Part shown: positions 1 to 12,295 of the stretch, in pieces
How the letters are laid out: the number at the start of each line of letters is the position of its first letter
How positions within the stretch are numbered: the first letter of the stretch is position 1
NCBI GenBank assembly: GCA_965213685.1
Contig: CBDBZY010000033.1
Span: forward strand, 1 to 57,894
Length of the DNA stretch: 57,894 bases
From: a bacterium
GTDB lineage: Bacteria; UBA8248
Direction of reading: 5' to 3'
The notes under the pieces: model-generated
The model's input: the letters and a program-made list of their open reading frames with translations, nothing else
Database searches by the model: none
Told to the model about the DNA's origin: nothing
Translations under genes and position numbers: made by a program

Positions 1-1
1 C

Positions 2-1123
2 GTCTATTTTGAGCACACGTTTCGGATTCTGGAGGCCCGGGGTGTCAGGAAGCGCGTGCGCGCGGAATTCGCGGCCAAGGCGCTTCCGTCCGGCTGGGGC
101 GTGTTCACGGGGCTGGAGGAGGTTCTGCGCCTCCTCGAGGGGCTTGCCGTAAGCGTTCGCGCCGTGCCGGAGGGGTCGGTTTTCCGTCCCTTCCAGCCCG
201 TTCTGGAGATCGAGGGGGTCTATAACGACTTTTGCAGGCTGGAGACGCCCATCCTGGGGCTGATGTGCCAGTCGAGCGGCATCGCCACGAAGGCGGCGCG
301 GTGCCGCATCGCGGCGGAGGGCAGGAGGCTCGTGAGCTTCGGCGCGCGGAGGATGCACCCCGCCATCGCGCCCATGGTCGAGCGCGCGGCCTACCTCGGA
401 GGCTGCGACGGCGTCGCCCTCGTGCGGGGGGCCGAGCTGTTGGGGATTCCGGCGGCCGGCACGATGCCCCACGCCCTGGTGATTCTCATGGACGGCCTGG
501 TGCCGGCGGTGAAGGCCTTCGACGAGGTGATCGAGCCGGAGGCGGGCCGCGTCGCGCTGGTGGATACGTTCGGGGACGAGAAGTTCGAGGCACTGGCGGC
601 GGCGCGCGCCCTGACCGACCGCCTCTCGGCCGTGCGGGTCGATACGCCGGGCTCCCGCCGCGGGAAATCTGACGCAGATTCTCGAGGAGGTCCGCTGGGA
701 GCTGGACCGGGCGGGATTCCGGCACGTCCGGCTTTTTCGTGAGCGGGGGGCTGGATGAGAAGAAGATCGCGGAGCTGAACCCGGTGGTGGATGGCGGCTA
801 CGGCGTCGGCACGGCGATCAGCTCCGCGACCACGATTGATTTTTCCATGGACATCGTCGAGGCGGCGGGCGAGGCGGTGGCGAAGCGCGGCAAGCACTCG
901 GGCGCGAAGCACCTGCTGCGCTGCCGCGATTGCGGGGAGGAGCGCGTCATCCCGATGGACAGGCCCTACGGCGACTGCGCGTCCTGCGGCGGGGTGGTGG
1001 AGCGGCTGCTCGCCTGTGTGATGGAAAACGGCGAGCGGACGGACCCGCGCCCCTCGGCGAAGGAGATTCAGAAGCTACGTTTTGCGCCAGATCCACCGCG
1101 TGGGTCTGGAGCTCTCCCCATGA
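2..1123 (+). CDS. pncB: Nicotinate phosphoribosyltransferase (5' end outside the window; apparent frameshifts near 665, 735 and 1072)
   Basis: Motifs SFGARR, GTMPH, VDTF, VRVDTP, SGGLDE and GVGTAI, plus a C-terminal CxxC...CxxC. The frame is restored by single-base corrections (GNLTQILEEVRWELD; RLFVSGGLDE). The stop overlaps the next ATG (ATGA at 1120-1123). Confidence 0.85.
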
Positions 1124-2151
1124 GCGCGGAGCAGGAGTCGCCCGGCCGGTTTCGCCCCCTCAAGGACTTTCTCTCGCGGTGCCAGCGCCTCCTGCTTCTC
1201 ACCCACGTGGGGCCGGACGGCGACGGTCTGCTCTCGGGCATCGCGCTGAGCCGCTACCTTCGCCTGCTCGGCAAGCAGGCCACCGTCGTCACCGAGGACA
1301 GGGTGCCCGCCTTCGCCGCGCCCTTTGATCCGGAGGGTCTCGTGCGGACGAGAGCGGAGCTTCTCGCCCACGAGGACTGGGCGTCGCGCTTCGACGGGTG
1401 CCTCGTCATCGACGCGGGAAAGGCCAGCCGCCTGGGCAGGCTGGAGGCGCCGGTCGCGGCCAGCGGCCTTCCCCTGGCCGTCATCGACCACCACATACGG
1501 GAGGAGGACAACATCGACTGCCCCTCCGTCATCGACCCGGAGGCGGCGGCGGTCGGGGAGATGATCGCCGATTATCTGGACGAGGAGGGCTATGCGTTTG
1601 ACGACCCCCTCATCACCCGGGCGCTGATGGCGGCGGTCGTCTACGACACGGGCCAGTTCCGCTTCACGAACACCTCGAAGCGCACCCTGGGCTGGGCGGC
1701 GCGCCTGGTTGCGCTCGGCGCGATTCCGGGGGAGGCCTACTCGATTTTCTGGGAGTCGAACAGCGCGGGCTCCGTGAGGCTGCTGGGGGCGTTGATGAGC
1801 CGGTTGACGCTCGAGTGCGGCGGGCGCCTCGCCTGGTTCTCCCTCAGTGCGCGAGAGCTGGATCGCTTCGGGGTGGCGCGCGCCGAGACGGAGGAATACA
1901 TTTCGGTTCCGCGCTCGATAGAATCCGTGGAGGTGGTCGCCTTTTTCTCGGAGCTCGCAAACGGGCGCACCCGCGTGAGCCTGCGCTCGAAGGGACGGGT
2001 GGCGATTCATGACGTGGCGCGAATGTTCGGCGGGGGCGGCCACGCCTTCGCCGCGGGCGCGCGCATGAGTGCACCGCTCGACGAAGCGGCGAGGCTTCTC
2101 GCCGCCGAGCTGGCCCGGAAAATCCGCTCCGTCCTGGGGCCTGACGAATGA
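1120..2151 (+). CDS. nrnA: DHH/DHHA1 phosphoesterase (NrnA-like oligoribonuclease/pAp phosphatase)
   Basis: THxxPDGD, IDHH, DTGxF, SLRS and GGGGHxxAAG motifs. True start is MSAEQE at 1120 inside the fused ORF 739..2151. Confidence 0.85.
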   Translation: MSAEQESPGRFRPLKDFLSRCQRLLLLTHVGPDGDGLLSGIALSRYLRLLGKQATVVTEDRVPAFAAPFDPEGLVRTRAELLAHEDWASRFDGCLVIDAGKASRLGRLEAPVAASGLPLAVIDHHIREEDNIDCPSVIDPEAAAVGEMIADYLDEEGYAFDDPLITRALMAAVVYDTGQFRFTNTSKRTLGWAARLVALGAIPGEAYSIFWESNSAGSVRLLGALMSRLTLECGGRLAWFSLSARELDRFGVARAETEEYISVPRSIESVEVVAFFSELANGRTRVSLRSKGRVAIHDVARMFGGGGHAFAAGARMSAPLDEAARLLAAELARKIRSVLGPDE

Positions 2152-2154
2152 CGG

Positions 2155-2532
2155 CTAGATTCCCAGCTCCGTGAACACGCGGAGCGACGCCTCCGTTGCG
2201 CCCACGGCGTTGGGCGCGCCCGCGTAGATTGCGCACACCATGAGAATCTCCTGAATGTCCTCCTTGCGCATGCCGACGTTCAGCGCGGCCTTGACGTGGT
2301 GCCCGAACTCCTTGTCCCGCCCCAGGGCGCACAGGATGGAGAGGATGACGGTTTCGCGGGTCTTCTCATCCATGCCCTCCCGCTCGTAGAGTTCGCCGTA
2401 TACGGTTTCGGTGACGAACCGCGCGAACGAGGGACTCGCGGCGGCGAACTCCTTGCGCCGCTCCTCCCCCTCTGCGCCAAATACCCTTGCGCGGTTTTTC
2501 ATTCCCTTCTCGAAGCGTGATTCCTCGGTCAT
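2155..2532 (-). CDS. Carboxymuconolactone decarboxylase (CMD/AhpD-like) family protein
   Basis: YGELYEREGMDEKTRE...HVKAALNVG...IQEIL...IYAGAP pattern. Confidence 0.85.
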   Translation of the reverse strand: MTEESRFEKGMKNRARVFGAEGEERRKEFAAASPSFARFVTETVYGELYEREGMDEKTRETVILSILCALGRDKEFGHHVKAALNVGMRKEDIQEILMVCAIYAGAPNAVGATEASLRVFTELGI

Positions 2533-2705
2533 CAGGCCAATCTCCTGTCTGGGGATGGGCGGGCGCGGGCCCCCTCCGGCGTCGGCAAGGTCCGTGGCCC
2601 CGCCTCGGGTCTTTTGGCGGGGCGGTTTTGTCAGGATGCGCCCTGGAGCCTATATTGCATAGCGCATGCGGGGGCGTATTTCCATGCCGCCTGGGGAGAT
2701 GGGAC

Positions 2706-2966
2706 GTGAAACTGGACGCCGTGAAGTTCGGCCTCGCCGCCGGCGTCATCTATGGCGCCATGTTTTTCCTGTACGCCCTGCTGGGCGCGCTGTTCGGCTG
2801 GGGCGGGGAGATGCTGCGGATGATCGGCGATTTCTACCCGGGCGTCGCCCCCACCTTGCCGGGCGCGATCATCGGCGCCGCCTGGGGGTTTGCGGTTGGA
2901 TTTTTCTTCTTCGCGCTCCTGGCGTGGATATACAACCGGCTCGTGAGCCGGCGGGGCGCCTCCTAG
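2706..2966 (+). CDS. Small 2-TM membrane protein of a family often auto-annotated as 'bacteriophage holin'
   Basis: GTG start after GGGAG; two hydrophobic helices; FYPG...GAIIGAAWGF...AWIYNRL pattern. No phage context. Confidence 0.6.
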   Translation: MKLDAVKFGLAAGVIYGAMFFLYALLGALFGWGGEMLRMIGDFYPGVAPTLPGAIIGAAWGFAVGFFFFALLAWIYNRLVSRRGAS

Positions 2967-3418
2967 CCCATGGATTTGGCGAGCGTCTCCCCCCGTGCCC
3001 GCATCCCGGGCGTCATGGCCTCGTTGTGGGGCAGGAACGTCATGGCGACGTATACGTTTTCCACACCGCCGCCCTTCGACAGGTTGCGGTATAGCGGCTG
3101 GGGGTAGAAGTCGTTCATGGGCTCCGCCTGCCCGATGCGCTCGTCGTTTCTGGCGAAATGATAGGCGACCACCGCCCTCGGGGGAATCCAGCGCTCCCGC
3201 TCGTTGCCCTCCTCGTCGAGGTCCCGCACCACGCCGCCGAAACCCGAGGTGAACCCGTCGCCGAACAGAAAACGCGCGGTTTTCGCCTCCTCGCAGTTGT
3301 CCTTCTCCGCCAGCTGGACGTAGAGGGCCTCGTTCGGGTCGTCCCCGAAGCCGTCTAGGGGCAATTCGCTTCTCCCGCACGCGGGGCAAATGAACGTGGC
3401 GTTTTGCTTCTCGGTCAT
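2963..3418 (-). CDS. Hypothetical protein with N-terminal CxxC
   Basis: Protein-like C-terminal part of ORF 2963..3877, starting MTEKQNATFICPACG after GGGAG. Confidence 0.65.
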   Translation of the reverse strand: MTEKQNATFICPACGRSELPLDGFGDDPNEALYVQLAEKDNCEEAKTARFLFGDGFTSGFGGVVRDLDEEGNERERWIPPRAVVAYHFARNDERIGQAEPMNDFYPQPLYRNLSKGGGVENVYVAMTFLPHNEAMTPGMRARGETLAKSMG

Positions 3419-3587
3419 GTCGGGACTCCCGCCTGGTGGCGCGCCGGGTGGGGGAGAGTCTGCGGGCCGGCGCGATGTCTTGTGTGCCGCCAGGGTCGAA
3501 TCGTGCCAGAGGCCGCCTTTCCGCGCAAGGATCGGGGAAGGGGATGAGGGAGCCCGCGCGGGCGGGAAGCGGGCGTCGCGCAGGCCG

Positions 3588-3785
3588 TCCCCCACGTCGG
3601 GAAATCCGGCGGAAAACCCAGGCCGAGGAAGGAGAGGGCGGATTCCGTGACGATGGCGTTGGCGACCCCGATCGCCGCCGAGATGATGATGGGCGAGAGG
3701 ACGCCCGGCAGGACGTGGCGGAGGATGAGGCGTCCGGCGGGTGCGCCGAGTGCGACCGAGGCGATGAGGAGGAAGATGCCGGAGA
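3588..3785 (-). pseudogene. Remnant of an OppC/DppC-type peptide ABC permease
   Basis: Manual minus-strand translation (not in the ORF track): GIFLLIASVALGAPAGRLILRHVLPGVLSPIIISAAIGVANAIVTESALSFLGLGFPPDFPTWG. No start codon, and it degenerates after PTWG. Confidence 0.8.
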
Positions 3786-3801
3786 TTTCGGGGGCACAGG
3801 C

Positions 3802-4578
3802 TCATCTGCCCTTCCACTCGGGCTTTCTTTTCTCGAGGAAGGCGCGGAGCCCCTCCGCCTTGTCCTGCGTCTCGCAAAGCGCGCCCTGTGCGAACTTCTC
3901 CAGCGCCAGGCCGGCCGCCATGCTCCCCTCCATCCCGCAGTGCACCATCGCCTTCATGAACTGCGGCACGAAGGGCGCGTAGCCGGCGAGCTTTCCGGCC
4001 ATGCTGCGGACGGTGGGCATGAGTTCGCGGGCTTCTACCAGCCGGGTGATGAGGCCGATCTCGAGTGCGCGCCCAGCGTCGATGGTCTCTCCCATCAGGA
4101 GCATCTCCATGGCCCAGGCGCGGCCGATGAGGCGGGGCAGGCGCTGCGTGGCGCCGCCGCCCGGGATGATGCCGATTCGCCCCTCCGGCGTGGCGAACCT
4201 CGCGCCAGGGGTTGCGATTCGGATGTCGCAGCCGAGCGCCACCTCCAGGCCGCCGCCCATGCAGTAGCCGTTGATCGCCGCGATGGTCGCCTTGGGCGTC
4301 CGCTCCAGCCGCTCGGCCACCCCCTGCACCAGGGGGGTGAGCGCGACGCGGAGGTCCCGGTGTTCGACTTCCTGCAAATCGGAGCCGGAGGCGAACGCCT
4401 TCTCCCCGGCGCCGGTGATGGCGATGGCGCGGACGGCGTCGTCCCCGGCCGCCGCGCCGATGGCGGCGTGGAGGTCGTCGAGCGTGGCGAGGGATATGGC
4501 GTTGTGCCGCTCCGGGCGGTTGATGGTGATCAGGGCGAGCGGCCCGTCGACTTCATACAGCACGTTTTCGTATGGCAT
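3802..4578 (-). CDS. Enoyl-CoA hydratase/isomerase (crotonase family)
   Basis: INRPERHNA, AFASGSD, GGGLEVALGCDIR, PEGRIGIIPGGG. Confidence 0.92.
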   Translation of the reverse strand: MPYENVLYEVDGPLALITINRPERHNAISLATLDDLHAAIGAAAGDDAVRAIAITGAGEKAFASGSDLQEVEHRDLRVALTPLVQGVAERLERTPKATIAAINGYCMGGGLEVALGCDIRIATPGARFATPEGRIGIIPGGGATQRLPRLIGRAWAMEMLLMGETIDAGRALEIGLITRLVEARELMPTVRSMAGKLAGYAPFVPQFMKAMVHCGMEGSMAAGLALEKFAQGALCETQDKAEGLRAFLEKRKPEWKGR

Positions 4579-4635
4579 GGCCGTCTTCTCTCTCTAGCGT
4601 CTCGTCTCGCGCGGGCGGATGGCGCCTCCCGGAGG

Positions 4636-5629
4636 CTAGGCGTCTCTCACAATCGTGTTTTGCAGGATGCCGATGCCCTCGATCTCCAGCTCGACGACGT
4701 CGCCCGGCCGTATCCATCTGTCGAGGTCGGCCCCGCAGCCGGTGGCCACCGTGCCCGAGCCGAACATCTCGCCCGCGAGGAGCTCCTCCTCCATGGAGGC
4801 GTACGCGATCATCTCGGCCCAGGAGTAATGGGCGTCGCCCGCGTTGCCCCGGCTCCATTCCTCGCCGTTGACGCGGGCGACCATCACCGCGTCGGTGGGG
4901 TCGAATGCGTCCCCGCGTGACGACGCACGGGCCGACCGCCGTCCCGAAGTCCTTGCCCTTGTGCGGCCCCAGCCAGTTTTTCATCTCCTCGATTTGGATG
5001 TCCCGCGCGCTGAAGTCGTTCAGCACGCTGAAGCCGAAGACGTGATCCATGGCGTCCTCCTCGCGGATGTCCCTGCCGCGCTTTCCGACGAACATGGCCA
5101 GCTCCAGCTCATAGTCGAGCTTTTCCGTGTAGCGCGGCCACCGGAGGGCGTCCCCCGGGCCGATGATGGACAGGCGGTTTCCCTTGTAGCAGGAGGGCAG
5201 CTTGTACCAGACGGGGTCGATGGCGGCGTTCCGCCTCCGCGCACCCGCCGCCTTGTGCCCCTCGTGGATCAGGAAATCGCGAAACGTGACGGGCCGCGGC
5301 ACCGGCGCCCGCAGGCGCGCCTCGTCGAGGGAGAAGGCGAGTCGCTCCCCGCCGGGCCCGCACCGCGCGTCGTCCGCCGAGACGAACGCCACCGCCGCCC
5401 GGGCGGCGTCGAGCGACGGCTCGCCGCCCGCCATGAGTTCGCACATGTCCTGGGGAAGGCGGAAGTCCGCGTATTCGCGAAAACGGGGCTCTCTCCCCTC
5501 CTCCTGGAGGAGCGCGGCGTAGGCATGGGCGAGGTCGACCACGATTTGCCGGTCGGGGCGCTGCGCCAGGGCGCCCACGCGCGAGACGCCTCCCACGGGG
5601 GTGGCGATTTCAAACGTGACGAATTTCAT
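4636..5629 (-). CDS. Fumarylacetoacetate hydrolase family protein (frameshift near 4912)
   Basis: LDYELEL, NDFSARDIQ, KGKDF and GSGT...GDVVELEIEGIGIL, split across ORFs 4553..6757 and 4636..4887 at a 4-base homopolymer. Confidence 0.88.
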
Positions 5630-5813
5630 CTCTCTCCCTCTCCCTGGGGGTGTGGCCGGGACGAGACGGGCGCGCGGGCTCTCCCCCCGTCGGCAGGGTA
5701 GCACGGTTCTCCCCCGCGCGGGGAGGCCGGGTCTCTCCCGCCCCCTCCACTGAACCCCCCCCTGGCCGGGCGGCGGCCCGAATCCGGGAAGCGGCAAAAA
5801 TTTCCTCGGGGGC

Positions 5814-5842
5814 TTGACTTCCCCCATGGCTGCGGGTAGGTT
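5814..5842 (+). promoter_or_regulatory. Putative sigma70 promoter of the atp operon
   Basis: TTGACT-17 bp-TAGGTT about 150 bp upstream of the first atp gene. Confidence 0.5.
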
Positions 5843-5992
5843 GAGGCGGTTTTTGGGGGCGGAGGCCAATCCATCTCCCTGAAAAACGTGCGAACGCATA
5901 CGCCATTCCCCGACGGTTTTACGCGAAAGCGCCGGAACCTCTTCGGGTGGGCTTACGCCCGGGAGCATGAGAGTATGGCGAAAGAGGAAGAC

Positions 5993-6575
5993 ATGATCCG
6001 GTTTTCTCGCTGGAAACGATTCGCGCCCGGCTTGTGCCTGGCGCTCCTGGCCGCCCTCGCACCATCCGTCTCCTGGGCGGCGGGCGGTGCCCAGAGCGGC
6101 TTCGGCGCCTGGCTCGCGGGCTTCAACCTCGGGAGCGGCGCCCTCGTCATCAACCCGATCGTCGTCGTGGTCCAGTGGGCCAACTTCCTGATTCTGCTGG
6201 TCGTCCTCAACAAGATTTTGATCGGGCCCCTGAAGGGCCTCATGGAATCGCGCGACGCGGAGGTCACGGGCGACCTCCAGGCCGCCAGACAGGACGCGAG
6301 CGAGACGCAGGGCTACATCAGCCAGTATGAGGATTCCCTGGCGGAGGTGCAGCGGGAGAACACCGAGGCCCCGTCCTCGCACTCCAGCAGGAGATGTCCG
6401 AGGCGAGCCGAAAGAGCCTCGACGAGATTCGCGAGAGGACGGGCCGCGAGCTGGAGGAGACGCGCCAGTCGCTCGCGGCGCCCAGGCGAAGCATGCGGCG
6501 GCCGAACTCGAGGACGGCGCCGGCCGGCTGGCGAGCGCAATCGCGAGCCGGCTCGCGGGCCGCGGGGTGGGATAA
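5993..6575 (+). CDS. atpF: F0F1 ATP synthase subunit b' (frameshifts near 6372 and 6482)
   Basis: QWANFLILLVVLNKILIGPL TM segment followed by a coiled coil, ending LASAIASRLAGR across three frames; directly upstream of the subunit b gene. Confidence 0.8.
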
Positions 6576-6578
6576 GAG

Positions 6579-7193
6579 ATGGCGGGGGCCGTGTTTTCAG
6601 GAAAAGCGTACCGGAGTTTGTGGAGCCTCCTGCCCGCGGCGGCGGCCCTGTTCTTGCCGGAGTCCGTCTGGGCCGCGGAGGCGGGGGCGCACCACAAGGC
6701 GTTCAGCGCAACCGAGGAGCTCTTCAAGGTCGTCAACACGCTCATCGTGGCGGGCATCCTCTACAAGGTCGCGTTCGTGCCCATCCGGCAGTTCCTGAAA
6801 GACCGCAGAGAGGGGATTCGCAAGGCGCTCGAGGAGGCGCGGGCGGCGCGCGAGGAGGCGGAGGGGCGGCTGGCCGAGCAGAGGGCCAAGGTGGGCGACC
6901 TGGAGATCGAGCTCGCCCGCGTTCGCGCGCAGGGAGAGGCCGAGCGCGCGGCGATGCGGGAGAGGCTCCAGGGGGAGCAGGAAGATCAGGCCCGGCGCCT
7001 GCTGGAGCAGGCGAAGACGACGATTGCGCTGGAGGCGTCCAAGGCGCGCGCGGAGCTGCGGGGCCAGGCGGCGAGCCTCGCGCTGCGCCTCGCCGAGGAG
7101 ATGCTCAAAAAGGAGCTGGACGAGGCGGACCAGGAGAGGTTCGTGGAGAACTATCTCGCCAGGCTCCACGATAGAAACGGAGGGGGGCTGTGA
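6579..7193 (+). CDS. atpF: F0F1 ATP synthase subunit b
   Basis: VVNTLIVAGILYK TM, FLKDRREGI, long coiled coil, LALRLAEEMLKKEL; operon position. Confidence 0.9.
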   Translation: MAGAVFSGKAYRSLWSLLPAAAALFLPESVWAAEAGAHHKAFSATEELFKVVNTLIVAGILYKVAFVPIRQFLKDRREGIRKALEEARAAREEAEGRLAEQRAKVGDLEIELARVRAQGEAERAAMRERLQGEQEDQARRLLEQAKTTIALEASKARAELRGQAASLALRLAEEMLKKELDEADQERFVENYLARLHDRNGGGL

Positions 7194-7732
7194 CGGGTGG
7201 CGAGGTGGCGCGCCGCTATGCGCGGGCGTTGGTGGACATCGCCGAGAGGCGGGACGCTCTGGAGGAGACCGGGGAGGGGCTGGCGCGGATCGCGGCCGAG
7301 TTTCAGGAAAACGCGGAGCTGCGGCGCGTCTTGCGCAACCCGCGCTTTGCGAGAAGCGCGCGCGTCGGGATACTGACGGAGATCATGGCGTCGTCGGGGG
7401 CGAGCGAATTGCTTCGGAATTTCGTGCGCGTGGTGGCGGAGAAGGACCGGATCGGGGAGTTGTCCGCCATGGCGGAGAGCTACCGGCAGCTTGCGGACGA
7501 GAGGCGCGGCATCGTTCGCGCCCACGTGCGCACGGCGTATGACCTCGACTCCGGAGCCGCCGAGAGGCTGCGCGAGAGGCTCTGCGAGATGACCGGCGGC
7601 GATGTGCGCATGGAGGTGGAGAGGGAGGAGAATCTGATCGGAGGGCTGGTCTGCCGCGTGGGCGGCGTCGTCATGGACGGCAGCATCCGCAACCAGCTCC
7701 GCAGCCTGCGAAACGCTTTGATGGCGAACTGA
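7190..7732 (+). CDS. atpH: ATP synthase F1 subunit delta
   Basis: [14 protein letters not shown]...DGSIRNQL. Confidence 0.95.
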   Translation: MTGGEVARRYARALVDIAERRDALEETGEGLARIAAEFQENAELRRVLRNPRFARSARVGILTEIMASSGASELLRNFVRVVAEKDRIGELSAMAESYRQLADERRGIVRAHVRTAYDLDSGAAERLRERLCEMTGGDVRMEVEREENLIGGLVCRVGGVVMDGSIRNQLRSLRNALMAN

Positions 7733-7773
7733 CGCTCTTTCAGGAATCAGCGGAAGGACCAAGGGGAGAATCC

Positions 7774-9312
7774 ATGCAGATTCGCGCCGAAGAAATCAGC
7801 CAGATCATCCAAAAGCAAATCGAGGGGTTTGACGCCTCGGTCGAGCTTGCCGAGACCGGCACCGTCATCTCCGTGGGCGACGGCATCGCCCGCGTCTATG
7901 GCCTGGAGAAGTGCATGGCCGGCGAGTTGCTGTCCTTCCCCGGCGATTTGTACGGCATGGCGCTCAACCTGGAGACCGACAACGTCGGCGCCGTGCTCCT
8001 CGGCGATGACCGCGCCATCAAGGAGGGCGACGAGGTCCGCCGCACGAACCGCATCGTTCAGGTGCCCGTCGGCAAGGCGCTGGCCGGCCGCGTCGTGAAC
8101 GCGCTGGGCCAGCCCATCGACGGCAAGGGGCCCATCGAGACCGAGGATGCGCGCAACCTGGAGGTCATCGCCCCCGGCGTGGTGGATCGCCAGCCCGTGA
8201 AAGAGCCCTTGCAGACCGGCATCAAGGCGATTGACGGCATGGTGCCGATTGGCCGAGGACAGCGCGAGCTCATCATCGGCGACAGGCAGACCGGCAAGAC
8301 CGCCATCGCGATGGACGCGATCATCAACCAGAAGAACACCGACGTGTACTGCATCTACGTGTGCACGGGACAGAAGCGCTCCACGCTGGCCCAGGTGGTG
8401 AGCACCCTGGAGGAATACGGGGCGATGGACTACACCGTCGTCGTGGCGGCCACGGCGTCCGACCCCGCGCCCCTGCAGTACATCTCGCCTTACGCGGGTT
8501 GCGCCATCGGCGAGTATTTCCGCGACAACGGAATGCACGCGCTGATCATCTACGACGATCTCTCCAAGCAGGCGGCGGCCTACCGCCAGCTTTCGCTGAT
8601 GCTCCGGCGGCCGCCGGGCCGCGAGGCCTACCCCGGGGACGTGTTCTACCTGCATTCCCGCTTGCTGGAGCGGGCGGCGAAGCTCAGCGACGAGCTCGGC
8701 GGCGGCTCGCTGACGGCCCTCCCCATCATCGAGACGCAGGCGGGCGACGTGTCCGCCTACATTCCGACGAACGTGATTTCGATCACCGACGGGCAGATTT
8801 ACCTCGAATCCGCCCTGTTCCACTCGGGCATCCGGCCGGCCATCAACGTGGGCCTGTCCGTCTCCCGCGTGGGCGGTGCCGCCCAGAACCGGGCCATGAA
8901 AAAGGTGGCCGGCACCCTGCGCCTCGACCTGGCGCAATATCGGGAGATGGCGGCGTTCGCGCAGTTCGGCTCGGAGCTCGACGCGGCCACCCAGGCACAA
9001 CTCGCGCGGGGCTCCCGCCTGACGGAGCTGCTCAAGCAGCCGCAGTATGCGCCCGAGGTGGTGCATCGGCAGATCATGTCGATTTTCCTGGGCACGCAGG
9101 GGTATCTCGACGCCGTGGCCGTGGATGAGGTTGAAAGGGTGAACCGCGATTTTCTGACCTTCATGGAGACGAGCCGCTCCCGGCTGGTGAACGATCTGGC
9201 GGAAAAACGCGAGTTGACCGACGAGATTACCGAGGGATTGCGGGCCGCGTGCGCGGAATTCATGAAAACGCTCGACGCCGCGGCACCGGAGACGGCCGCG
9301 GTGTCCGGATAG
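7774..9312 (+). CDS. atpA: ATP synthase F1 subunit alpha
   Basis: [44 protein letters not shown]. Confidence 0.99.
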   Translation: MQIRAEEISQIIQKQIEGFDASVELAETGTVISVGDGIARVYGLEKCMAGELLSFPGDLYGMALNLETDNVGAVLLGDDRAIKEGDEVRRTNRIVQVPVGKALAGRVVNALGQPIDGKGPIETEDARNLEVIAPGVVDRQPVKEPLQTGIKAIDGMVPIGRGQRELIIGDRQTGKTAIAMDAIINQKNTDVYCIYVCTGQKRSTLAQVVSTLEEYGAMDYTVVVAATASDPAPLQYISPYAGCAIGEYFRDNGMHALIIYDDLSKQAAAYRQLSLMLRRPPGREAYPGDVFYLHSRLLERAAKLSDELGGGSLTALPIIETQAGDVSAYIPTNVISITDGQIYLESALFHSGIRPAINVGLSVSRVGGAAQNRAMKKVAGTLRLDLAQYREMAAFAQFGSELDAATQAQLARGSRLTELLKQPQYAPEVVHRQIMSIFLGTQGYLDAVAVDEVERVNRDFLTFMETSRSRLVNDLAEKRELTDEITEGLRAACAEFMKTLDAAAPETAAVSG

Positions 9313-9319
9313 GCAGAAA

Positions 9320-10201
9320 ATGGCATCGACGAGAGATTTCAAGCGCCGCATCCGCAGCGTCAAGAACACCCAGCAGATCACGCGGGCGATGAAGCTCGTG
9401 GCGGCCTCCAAGGTGCGCAGGGCGCAGGAGCGCATCGAGAGCGCCCGCCCCTACAGCGAGAAGATCGAGGAGTTGGTGAATTCCCTGGCCGCCAAGGTCG
9501 ACCCGGACTCCCACCCCCTTCTTCGGGACGACATGAAGGACGACAGGCTGCTCCTGCTCGTCATCACCTCGGACAAGGGGCTTTGCGGCGGATACAACAC
9601 CAACCTGCTGCGCCAGGCGTTTTTGTTCCTGCGCAAGCGCGAGGATGCGGGCAAGGAGACCGAAATCGTCATCGTGGGCAGAAAGGGGCGCGACTTTCTG
9701 GCGCGCAGGGGGTTCGGGTTCAAGGAGCAGTTCACGGACGTGTACGGGAAAATCGACTTCTCCCTGGCCACCAGCCTGGCCGGAATCATGACCGGGGCGT
9801 ATCTCGGGGAGGGCTTCGATGAGGTGCACATCCTCACCACGGAGTTTCGGACCATCCTGAACCAAAGCCCGAGGCTTTCCCGCCTCCTTCCCCTCGCCCC
9901 TCCGGTGCCCGAATCCATCGACGCGCAGGGCGGGCCCGTGGCCGCGGAATACATTTACGAACCCTCCGCGGAGGGCGTGCTGGAAACGATTTTGCCCCGG
10001 CACGCGACGGTGCAGATATACAGGTCGCTCCTCGACGCGGAGGCGAGCGAGTTCGGCGCCCGCATGACGGCGATGGACAATGCGTCCCGAAACGCGGAGG
10101 AGATGATCGGCGCCCTGACCCTGCAGATGAACCGCGTGCGGCAGGCGTCGATCACCACCGAACTGCTCGAGGTGGTGGCCGGTGCCGACGCGCTCTCCTA
10201 G
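9320..10201 (+). CDS. atpG: ATP synthase F1 subunit gamma
   Basis: ITRAMKLVAASK, SDKGLCGGYN, NRVRQASITTELLEVVAGA. Confidence 0.99.
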   Translation: MASTRDFKRRIRSVKNTQQITRAMKLVAASKVRRAQERIESARPYSEKIEELVNSLAAKVDPDSHPLLRDDMKDDRLLLLVITSDKGLCGGYNTNLLRQAFLFLRKREDAGKETEIVIVGRKGRDFLARRGFGFKEQFTDVYGKIDFSLATSLAGIMTGAYLGEGFDEVHILTTEFRTILNQSPRLSRLLPLAPPVPESIDAQGGPVAAEYIYEPSAEGVLETILPRHATVQIYRSLLDAEASEFGARMTAMDNASRNAEEMIGALTLQMNRVRQASITTELLEVVAGADALS

Positions 10202-10267
10202 AGGATTCGCGAAGGAGGCATCCCTGAGAGGCGCCGCCCGAACGAGCGGCCGGCATGGGAATTTTGA

Positions 10268-11707
<1,440 letters not shown>

Positions 11708-11710
11708 CGC

Positions 11711-12139
11711 ATGATCGAAGGCAGGATGATACTCGACATCGTGACGCCGGAGCGCAAGCTCCTCTCCGCCGAGGTCGACGAGGTGACCGCCCCCGGCTTT
11801 TACGGAGAGTTCGGCGTGTTGCCCCAGCATACGCCCTACCTCTGTCAGCTCGGCATCGGCGTGCTCAGCTACCGCTCGGGCAGCGCGCGGTATTTTGTCT
11901 CGGTCGCCGATGGGTACGCCGAGGTGGGGCCCGAGCGGGTCACCATCCTGGCGGAGGTCGCCGAGCGGGCCGAGGACATAGATGCATCGCGCGCGAAGGA
12001 GTCCCGGGATCGCGCGCGCGCGCGCATGGCGGGCCGGCAGCCCGACGATGCGGGTCTGGATTTCGATCGGGCCGAGTTGTCCTTGAAGCGCGCCATCGCC
12101 CGCATTTCCGTGGCGCATCAGAGCGGCCTCCACAGCTAG
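11711..12139 (+). CDS. atpC: ATP synthase F1 subunit epsilon
   Basis: LDIVTPER, GEFGVLPQHTP, VTILAE, LKRAIARI. Confidence 0.97.
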   Translation: MIEGRMILDIVTPERKLLSAEVDEVTAPGFYGEFGVLPQHTPYLCQLGIGVLSYRSGSARYFVSVADGYAEVGPERVTILAEVAERAEDIDASRAKESRDRARARMAGRQPDDAGLDFDRAELSLKRAIARISVAHQSGLHS

Positions 12140-12155
12140 CGGGAGGTTTCGCGGG

Positions 12156-12204
12156 GAGGGGGCTGTCGTTGACCCGGACGGGTGAATGAGAGCCCCTCTT
12201 TTTT
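12156..12204 (+). terminator. Intrinsic terminator after atpC
   Basis: GAGGGGGCT...AGCCCCTC stem with an inner ACCC/GGGT hairpin, followed by T6. Confidence 0.7.
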
Positions 12205-12295
12205 GTCATATGCCTGATGCGCAGGGCGCGGAGTCCGATCGCCGCGAAGAAGCCCTCTGCGGCCGATGCTTTCTTGCCTGAGAGGAGGATGCACC

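Noticed and set aside
739-2151. NAPRTase-DHH fusion protein
   Set aside because: Artefact of an indel near 1072. The corrected pncB frame stops at 1123, overlapping the DHH start (ATGA).
2706-2966. Prophage or lysis module around the holin-like gene
   Set aside because: No endolysin, structural or integrase genes nearby; the holin label for this family is weak.
3495-3510. Sigma54 promoter on the minus strand (TGGCAC)
   Set aside because: The -12 TTGC element is absent (TGGCACGATTCGACC).
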